Virus record (IMG/VR): IMGVR_UViG_3300012665_000512
Coordinates: 1 to 24,314 of that record
Source: a virus
Taxonomy: Duplodnaviria; Caudoviricetes
Length of the DNA: 24,314 nt
Direction: 5' to 3' (one strand)
Positions 10,301-18,153 of the stretch are shown in pieces. Numbering within the stretch: the first letter of the stretch is position 1; every line of letters starts with the position of its first letter. Made by a program: the position numbers and the translations under genes. The notes beneath the pieces are model-generated. The model was not told the origin of the DNA. It saw only the letters and a list, made by a program, of their open reading frames with translations, and ran no database searches.

Positions 10301-10621
10301 GACAGAATCAACGTGGCACGTTTAGTAAGCTACCTACGTAGACAACTTGGTATTATTACTAAGCCGTTCTTGTTTGAACCAAACGACAAGCAAACACGTA
10401 GTGAAATTAAAAATGTATGCGAAAGCCTAATGTTAGACTTAGTTAGCTTACGCGGCATTTACGACTTCATTGTAGTTTGCGATGAAACAAATAACACATC
10501 ATCTGTTATCAGCAACAATCAGCTTTATGTAGATATTGCGATTGAGCCAGTGAAAGCAGTTGAATTCATCTACATTCCATTGAGACTGAAGAATGTTGGT
10601 GATATTAAGTCACGTCAATAA
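7319..10621 (+). CDS. Contractile tail sheath protein (T4 gp18-like), enlarged
   Basis: N-terminal SPGVQVNVIDES...FGTP; C-terminal WFAPAGTRRG, KINPI, SSLDRINVARL, FLFEPND, GIYDFIVVCDETNNT and IEPVKAVEFIYI. Followed by the tube gene. Confidence 0.95.
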   Translation: MAQLGSPGVQVNVIDESFYNPAQPGTVPLILFATAQDKTNASGTGVAAGTLAANAGTLYLVTSQKDLTDRFGTPTFQKDASGNAIQGSELSEYGLFSAYSFLGASNSAYVLRANVDLAGIQSKATAPVGNPDNGTYWLDTAKTRLGVFEWNADTETFSSQTVAVLNNTTDVVNTTTYQPKSSIGVVGSYAVVTASESNALWYKNSDANWVAVGSVHTGTAYSNDTLWKATDWASSYPVVTLALISTYSAGNRSIRVGVDDTDFEVIELDGLSTASAIAAKIALDLTSASPIRCKVIDNQIQLFNTEGGTVYIANVTASVLETYFASAAGTYYGPAVQFSSHTRVPEWKANDTSPASTGSVWVKTTEYNSGAKWYVSKFNSDTQLFEAKTTQIFQGFESALLGLDPVGGGTNIAVGTLFANTNFESDGLVNFKLMVRAYSGATTVTSLAQSTNVAFGSANDGTLRIGVSKPGTSAMFTADIVLADTDTLDTFVAKVNSSGLANLSATVNTSNQVTLTHATGGEIYITNVTGTPLTTLKFVDGNSRDVRLFDAPTGSAYTYRASNWASLADYTDSGYLASAVQPNSVPADGTLWYAGYQDQVDIMIHDGTSWKGLQQIYAGARVIVSASTPSKTNRVVGDLWVDSSDQDAYGKNIKRWNNTSKTWDSIDTTDHTSSYGIIFADARWATSGDATEASTIAELAVSDFVDFDAPDPTAYPRDMLLWNTRRSGFNIKQYKRNYIDSNGINTRYDEQPMGGRASVGQEGYLPAYFSDRWVSVSGQDLNQVAYFGRKAQRAYVVGQLKATLNSNQRILDEDNIFFNLVACPGYPELISDMVNLNNSRNGTALVVGDTPMRLDSSANSIVNYGTDYYNSGIDGELGLHTNSDHLAVYYPSGLTTDLTGSNVVVPPSYMMLRTIAISDQRSFQWFAPAGTRRGGVTNASSVGYLKDGSFIPVSLNQGTRDQMATVKINPITNIPGAGLVAFGQYTKTGVNSSLDRINVARLVSYLRRQLGIITKPFLFEPNDKQTRSEIKNVCESLMLDLVSLRGIYDFIVVCDETNNTSSVISNNQLYVDIAIEPVKAVEFIYIPLRLKNVGDIKSRQ

Positions 10622-10636
10622 TAAGGAGCTTATAAA

Positions 10637-11263
10637 ATGGCAATTTCAAGTCTAAGCAGATTTACAGTACCAATTCCAGGAGGCCAAAGCGCAACTAGCC
10701 AAGGTCTTTTGATGCCAAAGCTCAAGTACAGATTCCGTGTACTTTTGGACAACTTTGGCGTTTCAAAACCAACAACTGAATTGAGTAAGCAAGTGATGAC
10801 AGTTAGTCGTCCTAACGTACAGTTTGATAGTCAAACTATTGATGTTTACAACAGCAAAGTATTCTATGCTGGTAAGCATACATGGCAACCTATCACAATG
10901 AGTGTACGTGATGACGTAAACGGTCAAGTATCACGTTTAGTTGGTGAACAAGTACAGAAACAATTTGACATGTTGGAACAAGTATCAGCTGCCTCTGGTA
11001 GTGATTACAAGTTTACAATGCGTATTGAATTGTTAGATGGTGGTAACGGAGCGGCAGATCCAGGTGTTTTAGAAACATTTGAATTATATGGTTGTTTCCT
11101 AACTGATGTTAACTACAATGAACTTTCTTATGCAGAAAGCTCACCAGTTGATATTGCACTAACAGTACAATATGACAATGCATTACAATTGAATGGCGCT
11201 GGTAATCCTAACGGTATTGGCACATTTGTTGGACGTGCTCTACGTCAAACATTGACAGGTTAA
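10637..11263 (+). CDS. Tail tube protein (gp19-like)
   Basis: Directly follows the sheath gene with AAGGAG SD (10623-10628). Motifs PKLKYRFRV, YAGKHTWQPITMSVRDD and FELYGCFLTDVNYNELSY...LTVQYD. Confidence 0.85.
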   Translation: MAISSLSRFTVPIPGGQSATSQGLLMPKLKYRFRVLLDNFGVSKPTTELSKQVMTVSRPNVQFDSQTIDVYNSKVFYAGKHTWQPITMSVRDDVNGQVSRLVGEQVQKQFDMLEQVSAASGSDYKFTMRIELLDGGNGAADPGVLETFELYGCFLTDVNYNELSYAESSPVDIALTVQYDNALQLNGAGNPNGIGTFVGRALRQTLTG

Positions 11264-11291
11264 TAATTCGGGAGCATCGTCGAAGACACTC

Positions 11292-11317
11292 AAAACCCAG
11301 CTTAGGCTGGGTTTTTT
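11292..11317 (+). terminator. Intrinsic (Rho-independent) terminator after tail tube
   Basis: AAAACCCAGC-TTAG-GCTGGGTTTT perfect inverted repeat running into a T tract; the A tract on the 5' side suggests it is bidirectional. Confidence 0.85.
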
Positions 11318-11334
11318 GTTAACTAAATATTGTT

Positions 11335-12567
11335 ATGGCCAATATCTTTACCAACTTATTAGACAATGTTTCTGGAGATTTAGCGGATACTAATCTCAAG
11401 GACTTTGCACACGCTAGTAGACTGTATGTACAGAACTTCTACAGACTTGCCCCTAAGCACGGGTTTTTATATTTTGTAAAATTTAACCTAAATCCTAATG
11501 TAGTTGACAAAGATGCCTGGGCCAAGTCCATGAGAGATTTAGAGCTGGGCATGTTGGTTAAGAGCGTAGATTTACCAAAAATATCCTTTGAAGGCCCCAC
11601 ACTAAACGTATATAACAGAAAACAGCCTGTGTATACCAAAGTGCAATATTCACCAATTAATATGTCATTGCATGATGACAATTCTGGTCTAGTTAGAGAT
11701 TTTTGGCAAATGTATTATCAATATCATAGTTCGGATAGTTACTATGGTGGAACAAACGTTGAACAAAATAAAAATCCAATTCGTCCAAGTAATAGATACA
11801 AAAAGCCAGACCCAATAAACGCACAACAGCTAACTGGTGCAAATAATCCTGATGGCATTAATTACAACAACACAACTGATCCAGCAAGATATGGTTTAGA
11901 TGTGAGAGCAGATGAACCGTTGATTAGAAGTATTGAAATTTATCAGTTGAGTAGAAAAGTATTTTTCCTCCACACATTGATCAATCCAGTTATACGTGGT
12001 TGGGAAATGGACAAAATGGATCAGAGTTCTAACAAATTATTAGAACATCAAGTGCAAATTGAATATGAAGGTGTTTACTTTGGAAAAGGCAGAATATCTA
12101 GAGTTAACCCAACTGGCTGGACTGATTTACATTACGATTTGAATCCAAGTCCTATAGGTGGATTATTTGGACGTGGCGATGGCGGATTGTATGGCCCATA
12201 TGGCTTAATTAACGATGGAACTAATTTATTCTCAGACGTGTTGGGCACAAATGTAAATGCACCACTAGATCAAAGAGGCGCATTAGCAACACTTATACAA
12301 GCAAGCAGATTAATCAGCAAAGCAACAACATTAAACAGTGATCTTGCATCTAGACAAGTGCAAAGCGCAATTAATCAAAGCATTGGATTTGCTGTTGGAG
12401 ATACAATTGGCGGCAGTGTGCCAGGATTAAACATTCCATTCTCAACAACAGAGACAGGTAAAACTAGTGCTCAAATTAAAACGGTATCTCCAAATACACC
12501 AATTGCAGGTGCTAATGGTTCAACCACAGTACCAGATTCAAATCCTTCTACACAGATTAAAAGATAA
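11335..12567 (+). CDS. Tail-tube paralogue, probable baseplate-tube junction / tube initiator (gp54/gp48-like)
   Basis: LVKSVDLPKISFEGPTLNVYNRKQPVYTKVQYSPINMSLHDDNSG aligns by eye with tube QVMTVSRPNVQFDSQTIDVYNSKVFYAGKHTWQPITMSVRDDVNG. Confidence 0.6.
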   Translation: MANIFTNLLDNVSGDLADTNLKDFAHASRLYVQNFYRLAPKHGFLYFVKFNLNPNVVDKDAWAKSMRDLELGMLVKSVDLPKISFEGPTLNVYNRKQPVYTKVQYSPINMSLHDDNSGLVRDFWQMYYQYHSSDSYYGGTNVEQNKNPIRPSNRYKKPDPINAQQLTGANNPDGINYNNTTDPARYGLDVRADEPLIRSIEIYQLSRKVFFLHTLINPVIRGWEMDKMDQSSNKLLEHQVQIEYEGVYFGKGRISRVNPTGWTDLHYDLNPSPIGGLFGRGDGGLYGPYGLINDGTNLFSDVLGTNVNAPLDQRGALATLIQASRLISKATTLNSDLASRQVQSAINQSIGFAVGDTIGGSVPGLNIPFSTTETGKTSAQIKTVSPNTPIAGANGSTTVPDSNPSTQIKR

Positions 12568-12941
12568 TGACTATATATTCAAACTTACCACCTAAAGCAG
12601 TTGTCAGTGACATTACCAAAGTAGTCCAATACTTTGACAACTATTACACTCAACCCACTGAGCTTGATGTACAAAGTGTTGATGTGTTAACTGGATTTTT
12701 AGAAAGCAAAGGTTTTGCAGATGAAGCTGCCAAAAATATTGCGTACATTATTTTAAAGAGTGCAAAAGAAAGTAATTACGATGTACAACAAGTAATTGAC
12801 GGATTACGTGACTACGATCCTATCCAACTAAATGATTTTTTAATAAGTTTATTAAACTTCAATAGAGCAAAAACAAGTGCATTGGGCACTATTAAGAAAA
12901 CATTTCCAGTGGATCACGTTAAACGAAATATATTAGCATGA
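12567..12941 (+). CDS. Hypothetical protein, probably virion-related
   Basis: 124-aa ORF translationally coupled on both sides (TAATG and ATGA overlaps). Confidence 0.6.
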   Translation: MTIYSNLPPKAVVSDITKVVQYFDNYYTQPTELDVQSVDVLTGFLESKGFADEAAKNIAYIILKSAKESNYDVQQVIDGLRDYDPIQLNDFLISLLNFNRAKTSALGTIKKTFPVDHVKRNILA

Positions 12942-13387
12942 GCCTAACCAAGTTTGCCAAAGGAAAATTTCTTTTAAAAAATCCCGGCAAATACGTTGGG
13001 AATAAAGAGCCAACTTATCGCAGTAGTTGGGAATGGCATTTCATGCACATGTGTGATAACCATGACAGCATTACTAACTGGGCCAGTGAAGGCGTTAGGA
13101 TTCCCTATCGTTGTCCGTTAACACAGAAACAAACAGTATATGTTCCAGACTTTTTAATTCAATACGAAGATAAGAATGGTAACAAGAAAACAGAATTAGT
13201 AGAAATCAAGCCAGCGAATCAAATGCTGAAGGAGCGAGTTGGTAAAAATGTATATAATCAAGCTCAATACGTGAAGAACCAAGCCAAGTGGGCCGCGGCC
13301 GGCGCCTGGTGTAAGCAGAACGGAATCATCTTTAGGATAATTAATGAGCAGGATATATTTCATAATCCAAAGAAGAGAAAAAAATGA
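12938..13387 (+). CDS. Head completion nuclease (T4 gp4-like, TnsA-like PD-(D/E)xK fold)
   Basis: KNPGKYVG, YRSSWEWHFM..CD, WASE..RIPY, YVPDF, LVEIKP, NQAKWAAA..WC and FRIINE are the gp4-family motifs. Confidence 0.85.
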   Translation: MSLTKFAKGKFLLKNPGKYVGNKEPTYRSSWEWHFMHMCDNHDSITNWASEGVRIPYRCPLTQKQTVYVPDFLIQYEDKNGNKKTELVEIKPANQMLKERVGKNVYNQAQYVKNQAKWAAAGAWCKQNGIIFRIINEQDIFHNPKKRKK

Positions 13388-13875
13388 CAAAGAAACTAGA
13401 AGAATTATTGGATCTTCCTCCATCAGAAAAGAAAGTTGCTGAGGAAATTATTGATCCAAAAACAGTTGAAGACAGTGCAGAAAAGCGACTTCGTACCATT
13501 GACGAATTTGACAAGATTGCTGCCGCATTGCCGCAAGTCAAAGGGTTGGGAGATATCAGTGACAGTGAGCTAGATGCATTGGCCCAACGTGCAACTGATG
13601 CTTATGACGACTTGATGGACCTGGGAATGAACGTTGAAGCACGTTACGGTAGTAGGATATTTGAAGTAGCCAGCAGTATGCTGAAAAATGCTATTGATGC
13701 AAAATCAGCAAAAATAGATAAAAAACTTAAGATGATTGAACTTCAGCTTAAGAAACAGAAGCTAGATTACGATAGAGGCGATGCCTCAGATGAGGGAAGT
13801 GTTGTTGAAGGCAAGGCTTTCATAGTTTCTGACCGCAATAGTTTATTGCAAAAGTTAAAAAACATCGATAAATAA
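13384..13875 (+). CDS. Probable terminase small subunit (gp16-like)
   Basis: 163-aa helical protein. RIFEVASSMLKNAIDAK followed by a coiled coil and a C-terminal FIVSDRNSLL echoes the gp16 layout (R..EVFATLM...VFMGSPTELM). Similarity is weak and judged by eye. Confidence 0.45.
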   Translation: MTKKLEELLDLPPSEKKVAEEIIDPKTVEDSAEKRLRTIDEFDKIAAALPQVKGLGDISDSELDALAQRATDAYDDLMDLGMNVEARYGSRIFEVASSMLKNAIDAKSAKIDKKLKMIELQLKKQKLDYDRGDASDEGSVVEGKAFIVSDRNSLLQKLKNIDK

Positions 13876-13892
13876 TCTAAAGGGATTAGAAC

Positions 13893-14477
13893 ATGAAAAG
13901 CCTATCACAATACATAACAGAGTCGTTTAACAAAAAGAAGTACTCTTTCAAGATCAAACTTGCAGGTGAACTTGTAGAAAATTGCCAAGAGCAGTTAAAG
14001 ACTTTATTGGAAAAATACGGGGTTGAAAACCTCGATAAAAGCAGTACAACACCTGTGCAGAAATTGCCATTGGACTTTCCAAAATTAACTAATCAAGAAG
14101 TTACAATTTTTGACACAACATTATGCTACCCAGCAACATCATATGAACTACATGAATATATCTGCAACGGTTTAAAGATACATGCAGACAATGTAGTAGT
14201 ACGTAATCCTAATGAACCAACTGAAGCATATCAGGAAGAAGTAGAGCCACGCAAAGGAGCATTATTAAATGATCCTAATTATAAAGAAGCTGGCAAAGTT
14301 AAAGCAGATGAGTATTACGGTGCAAAGTATAACAACAATCTTTTAAAAGAATTAGCAAAAGATAGTAAAGCTCGTCGTAAAGAACAAGGCGAAAAAGTTC
14401 CAACAGAAGGTCCACAAAGCGCACCTGAATTTAATTCTCCAGGATCAAAAAGTCCTGTAGGCAGTTCAAAGGCTTAA
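13893..14477 (+). CDS. Hypothetical protein, candidate internal head protein
   Basis: The first 10 residues MKSLSQYITE resemble the T4 capsid-targeting sequence MKTYQEFIAE. TAAATA lies upstream at 13869-13874. Confidence 0.55.
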   Translation: MKSLSQYITESFNKKKYSFKIKLAGELVENCQEQLKTLLEKYGVENLDKSSTTPVQKLPLDFPKLTNQEVTIFDTTLCYPATSYELHEYICNGLKIHADNVVVRNPNEPTEAYQEEVEPRKGALLNDPNYKEAGKVKADEYYGAKYNNNLLKELAKDSKARRKEQGEKVPTEGPQSAPEFNSPGSKSPVGSSKA

Positions 14478-14487
14478 GGATAAAAAT

Positions 14488-16278
14488 ATGCAATTCCGTG
14501 ATTTGATTAGTCGTTTGGATGGTTTGTCAGAAGATACAATTGGCACAGTGCCTGTACAATTGGATCAAGGTAGTATTGACAAGTTAAAGTCATCTAACCC
14601 AACACTGTACCAACAAATTTTAAGATCTAACCCAGAGTTAGCAATGGCTATGCAAACACCAGTTGCAGGTAGCACAGCTACAAATGCTCCAGTAACACCA
14701 GGAGCAACAGTGGCACAAGGTACAACCGGTACTATTGCACCACAAGGTGCTCCAGGACAGCCAACTACAAGTGGCAACACATCTTCACAAATACCTGACA
14801 AGCCAGCACCAGTTGGCAGTAATGATCAACAGCCAATGCAGGGCAAACGTCCACAAGAAAGTTTTGATACATTCAAAAATCAAATGGGACAAGTGGTTGA
14901 AGAATTGACTACTGAAGAATTAAGCGCAGAAGAAAAAGCCAAGCAACAAGCTGAAAGACGTAAAAAATATATTGACAGAGTAAACAGCAATCCAGAGTTT
15001 GTTAACGATCCACAATTTAGATCCCTTAAGCCTGCACAAAAACTAGAAATTTTAAGTGACCCCACTATTCAACCAACTGTTAGACAGTATGTGAGAGTAC
15101 AACGAGAACTTGATGCGTTCAACTCTGGTAAAGATCAACCAACTGAAAGACGCGATGAGTTATTAATTAAGAAAAATCAAGCGTTAGCGGCACATCAAAA
15201 AGCTAATGAGAAGCCAGCATCAGCTCCGGCAGCACCAGCATCAGCCCCAGCGGCTCCGGCAGCACCAGCATCAGCCCCAGCGGCTCCGGCAGCACCAGCG
15301 GTAGTTAAGCCTGAAAAACCAAAATTTAATTTAGGCGCAGGTGCTTGGTATGATGGTAAAGAAGGCGACTACGATATACAAAAAGGCGATACACTTTATA
15401 AGATTTCTAAAGAAAAAGGTGTAAGCATTGACGATTTGAAAAAATTCAATAACATTGATAATATTAATAAAATTCGTGCAGGTGCAAAATTAAAAACTTC
15501 AGCACCAGTAGCAGTCCCGCCAGCGGATCAGGAAGTAAAAGCAGACGATGCGGTGCCGGCAGCATCAGCCTCTCGAAGTTTAGATGCTCCAGCAGTTAAA
15601 CCAGACACTGGTGTAGATAGAGCAACACTTGATAAATGGCACGCTGAACAGGTTGCTAGAATAAAGAAACTAGCGAATGATGAGCTAACAGGAACTAAAA
15701 CAGAAAGCATTGTACGTTTAGACAGTGTCGTTGAAGAGTTATTAAATGAAGCAGGTACAGCGACTATGCCAGCTAGTGCTGATAACAAATCAGTTTGGCA
15801 ATCAACTAAAGACACTGTAGGCAAAGGTGTGGACGCAGTTAGTAATGCAATACCACAATCAGTTAAAGATGTAGTAACTAAAGTGGCAAATAATCCAGTA
15901 ACAAAGTTTGCGGGCAAGGCTGCAGGTCCAGCTTTAACAGCATTGTCTGTACCTACAATACCAACAGATGCACGTCAAGCATATGAATTAAGCGATAAGG
16001 GTGATAAAGTTGGTGCGTGGTTAAAAGGCGGTCAAGCGGCACTAAACACTGCCGCACTTGGTACTACTGCCGCAATGGTAGCGCCACCGTTAACAGTGCC
16101 TGCAGGAATTGCTACAGGCGTATTGGGAGCAACGTCATTAGGACTCAGCGCCGCAGAAATGGCTAGAGATAAATGGTTCCCATATCAAGGTAAAGAAACT
16201 GCTGATGTAAAATCAAAGTCAGCAAATGAAGAATTAAATAGAGTATTAACTTTGACTCAATACAAGGTAGGAAAATAA
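14488..16278 (+). CDS. LysM-domain protein with Ala/Pro linker and C-terminal hydrophobic segments
   Basis: LysM YDIQKGDTLYKISKEKGVSIDDLKKFNNIDNINKIRAGAKLK (about 15370-15495). The PASAPAAPA linker precedes it and a Gly/Ala-rich hydrophobic region lies near the C-terminus. AAGGA SD. Confidence 0.75.
   Translation: MQFRDLISRLDGLSEDTIGTVPVQLDQGSIDKLKSSNPTLYQQILRSNPELAMAMQTPVAGSTATNAPVTPGATVAQGTTGTIAPQGAPGQPTTSGNTSSQIPDKPAPVGSNDQQPMQGKRPQESFDTFKNQMGQVVEELTTEELSAEEKAKQQAERRKKYIDRVNSNPEFVNDPQFRSLKPAQKLEILSDPTIQPTVRQYVRVQRELDAFNSGKDQPTERRDELLIKKNQALAAHQKANEKPASAPAAPASAPAAPAAPASAPAAPAAPAVVKPEKPKFNLGAGAWYDGKEGDYDIQKGDTLYKISKEKGVSIDDLKKFNNIDNINKIRAGAKLKTSAPVAVPPADQEVKADDAVPAASASRSLDAPAVKPDTGVDRATLDKWHAEQVARIKKLANDELTGTKTESIVRLDSVVEELLNEAGTATMPASADNKSVWQSTKDTVGKGVDAVSNAIPQSVKDVVTKVANNPVTKFAGKAAGPALTALSVPTIPTDARQAYELSDKGDKVGAWLKGGQAALNTAALGTTAAMVAPPLTVPAGIATGVLGATSLGLSAAEMARDKWFPYQGKETADVKSKSANEELNRVLTLTQYKVGK
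15214..15300 (+). repeat. 30-bp coding tandem repeat (about 2.6-2.9 copies) encoding an Ala/Pro linker
   Basis: GCTCCGGCAGCACCAGCATCAGCCCCAGCG at 15223 and 15253, a partial copy at 15283, and a partial unit upstream from 15214. Confidence 0.85.
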
Positions 16279-16279
16279 T

Positions 16280-18097
16280 ATGAAAATGAATGACTTAATC
16301 GAAGCAAAAGTAAAGGTTCCTAAAGGTAAGCCTACTGGTGCTGCCGATGATGCGGGCGATGTTGCGGCTGGCAGTAAGGCTGGCGCTAGTAGTTTAGACG
16401 ACTTAAAATATGTCTGGAACAGACTGACTGGGAAGAAAGAACCAAAGACTAATGCGGGAAGTGTAGATCGTGTTGAACCAGAACTTGGATTTGATGTGCC
16501 TCCACAAGCAACTCCAAAAACGGTCAAACCTAAAGCAGATAAGAATGCAAGTGCAGATGCGGAACTAGACGACATTCGTAAACTTGCCAATGTTGATTTT
16601 CCTAAAAAGACAACTCCTAAAAAGACAACTCCTAAAAAGACAGCAGAGCCAGAAGCTAAAGTCACTCCTACTAAAGCAGATGACACACCGGCTGTTACTC
16701 CTACCAAAGCAGATGACACACCGGCTGTTACTCCTACCAAAGCAGATGACACACCGGCTGTTACTCCTACCAAAGCAGATGACACACCGGCTGTTACTCC
16801 TACCAAAGCAGATGACACACCGGCTGTTACTCCTACCAAAGCAGATGACACACCGGCTGTTACTCCTACCAAAGTTGATAATCCAGTACAGACTGCACCA
16901 AAAGGTAAAAGTCATGAAGAAATGGTAGCTGACTTAGAAGCAGAATTACTTGCAACTAGACAAGCATCTGAACGTGCCAGATTACAACGACAAATTGACG
17001 ATGAAAAATCAGCACTAAATCCTCCAGAATCAACCCCTGCAGTATCAACTACGCCTAGTAAAGACCCAAAGAATTTTGCAGACAAAACAACAGGCCTAGC
17101 ATCAAATCTAGACGCAATAGCAGATTTAACTAAACCTGTAAGTAGAGTAGTTAAGGGCACTGCCGGTCTAGCTGGAACCACTGCTGTTGCTTCTCCATTA
17201 ATTACTAACGTGGGAAGTGACACTTACGGTGCTGATGTTGTAAAAGATTATGCTGGTATGGCAGGTTATGGAAAACTATGGGGACCTGGCTCAAAGAAGA
17301 CAGAACCCACAGCTACTACTCCAGAAACACCTGTTGCACCCACCGCAATAGACGATGGATTACCAGAGTTAAAACCAGAACCAAAAGAAAGTATGGCATA
17401 TGAAAGCATGTCAGCAATTTTAAAACTTTCTGGATTGAAACCAATTACAGAACGTGACGTAACATCAGGACTAACAAAGGCTAAACCAATTATGACATTA
17501 GTAGAAAATAAGAATTTAAGTGAGTGCGGCGGAATGGGAATGTCTACTCCAACAAACGCAACATTAAACATCAGTGCTAGTGCTAGTACAGGCGAAGAAG
17601 TTGCTGGTATGTTAGCAAGTATTTTACAACTAGCAGGATTAAAACAAGTTGATGCTGGTATGATGCCAGAAGTTGAACCAATGCCAATGATGCGAGCAAT
17701 GGACATTATGACTGCAAATCCAGACGACACAATGGGTGCAGAAGAGCCTACTATAGTAGACGTTCAAATGGATGATCCACAAACACCAGAAGATGAAACT
17801 GATATCGATGTAGTTGCTGGCGATCCAGATCTAATCAATGGTGATGACGAAGAAAAGAAAACACACGAAGGTTTTGAAGATGCAACTACAAAACCAAATC
17901 CAACAGCTATGCCAGGATACGGTAGTTGGGAACAAAAATTCCAACGTTTATCCGGTGACGATATGGCACACGTGCCAGCACGTAGTGGTGACAATCCTTT
18001 AAAGAGATCACCCGCAGTTAAAGAAAGCGTAGCAGAAGTAGATCCAGTAACACACGGTCTTTTCAAAGCCTATGAAGCTTTTAAGAACGGCCAATAA
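16280..18097 (+). CDS. Hypothetical low-complexity protein with Thr/Pro tandem repeats, candidate internal head protein
   Basis: 605-aa ORF in the operon with AGGA SD. Contains VTPTKADDTPA repeats, three I[RL][KQ]L[AS] motifs and an acidic C-terminal part. Confidence 0.7.
   Translation: MKMNDLIEAKVKVPKGKPTGAADDAGDVAAGSKAGASSLDDLKYVWNRLTGKKEPKTNAGSVDRVEPELGFDVPPQATPKTVKPKADKNASADAELDDIRKLANVDFPKKTTPKKTTPKKTAEPEAKVTPTKADDTPAVTPTKADDTPAVTPTKADDTPAVTPTKADDTPAVTPTKADDTPAVTPTKADDTPAVTPTKVDNPVQTAPKGKSHEEMVADLEAELLATRQASERARLQRQIDDEKSALNPPESTPAVSTTPSKDPKNFADKTTGLASNLDAIADLTKPVSRVVKGTAGLAGTTAVASPLITNVGSDTYGADVVKDYAGMAGYGKLWGPGSKKTEPTATTPETPVAPTAIDDGLPELKPEPKESMAYESMSAILKLSGLKPITERDVTSGLTKAKPIMTLVENKNLSECGGMGMSTPTNATLNISASASTGEEVAGMLASILQLAGLKQVDAGMMPEVEPMPMMRAMDIMTANPDDTMGAEEPTIVDVQMDDPQTPEDETDIDVVAGDPDLINGDDEEKKTHEGFEDATTKPNPTAMPGYGSWEQKFQRLSGDDMAHVPARSGDNPLKRSPAVKESVAEVDPVTHGLFKAYEAFKNGQ
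16601..16642 (+). repeat. 15-bp coding tandem repeat (PKKTT, about 2.8 copies)
   Basis: CCTAAAAAGACAACT twice plus CCTAAAAAGACA. Confidence 0.85.
16661..16874 (+). repeat. 33-bp coding tandem repeat, 6.5 copies (VTPTKADDTPA)
   Basis: Unit GTTACTCCTACCAAAGCAGATGACACACCGGCT. The first copy has two synonymous differences and copies 2-6 are identical. Confidence 0.95.
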
Positions 18098-18115
18098 ATA
18101 TTTCTAACAGGAAAT

Positions 18116-18146
18116 AACAAAGCCTGCCTTGTGCAGGCTTTTGTTT
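18116..18146 (+). terminator. Intrinsic terminator-like hairpin immediately upstream of terL
   Basis: AAAGCCTGC-CTTGT-GCAGGCTTT followed by TGTTT. Confidence 0.75.
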
Positions 18147-18153
18147 CAAACAT

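Noticed and set aside
11264-11334. tRNA or other ncRNA in intergenic gaps
   Set aside because: The gaps are short and are explained by terminators and promoter cores. I saw no cloverleaf or T-loop signature.
7319-12567. Sheath and tube genes as a bacterial contractile injection system or tailocin
   Set aside because: Terminase, neck proteins, gp32-like SSB, UvsX and T4-type late promoters indicate a genuine phage genome.
12938-13387. TnsA-like nuclease as evidence of a Tn7-type transposon
   Set aside because: The motifs and position among virion genes fit the T4 gp4 head-completion family. There is no transposase, TnsB/TnsC or terminal repeat.
16661-16874. 33-bp repeats as a CRISPR array
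   Set aside because: The units are head-to-tail with no unique spacers, are a multiple of 3, and lie in frame within a CDS. No cas genes are present.
16246-16928. Alternative-frame and antisense ORFs 16246-16872, 16565-16915 and 16584-16928
   Set aside because: They stay open because the tandem repeat lacks stops in those frames. They fully overlap a better ORF and show no independent signals.
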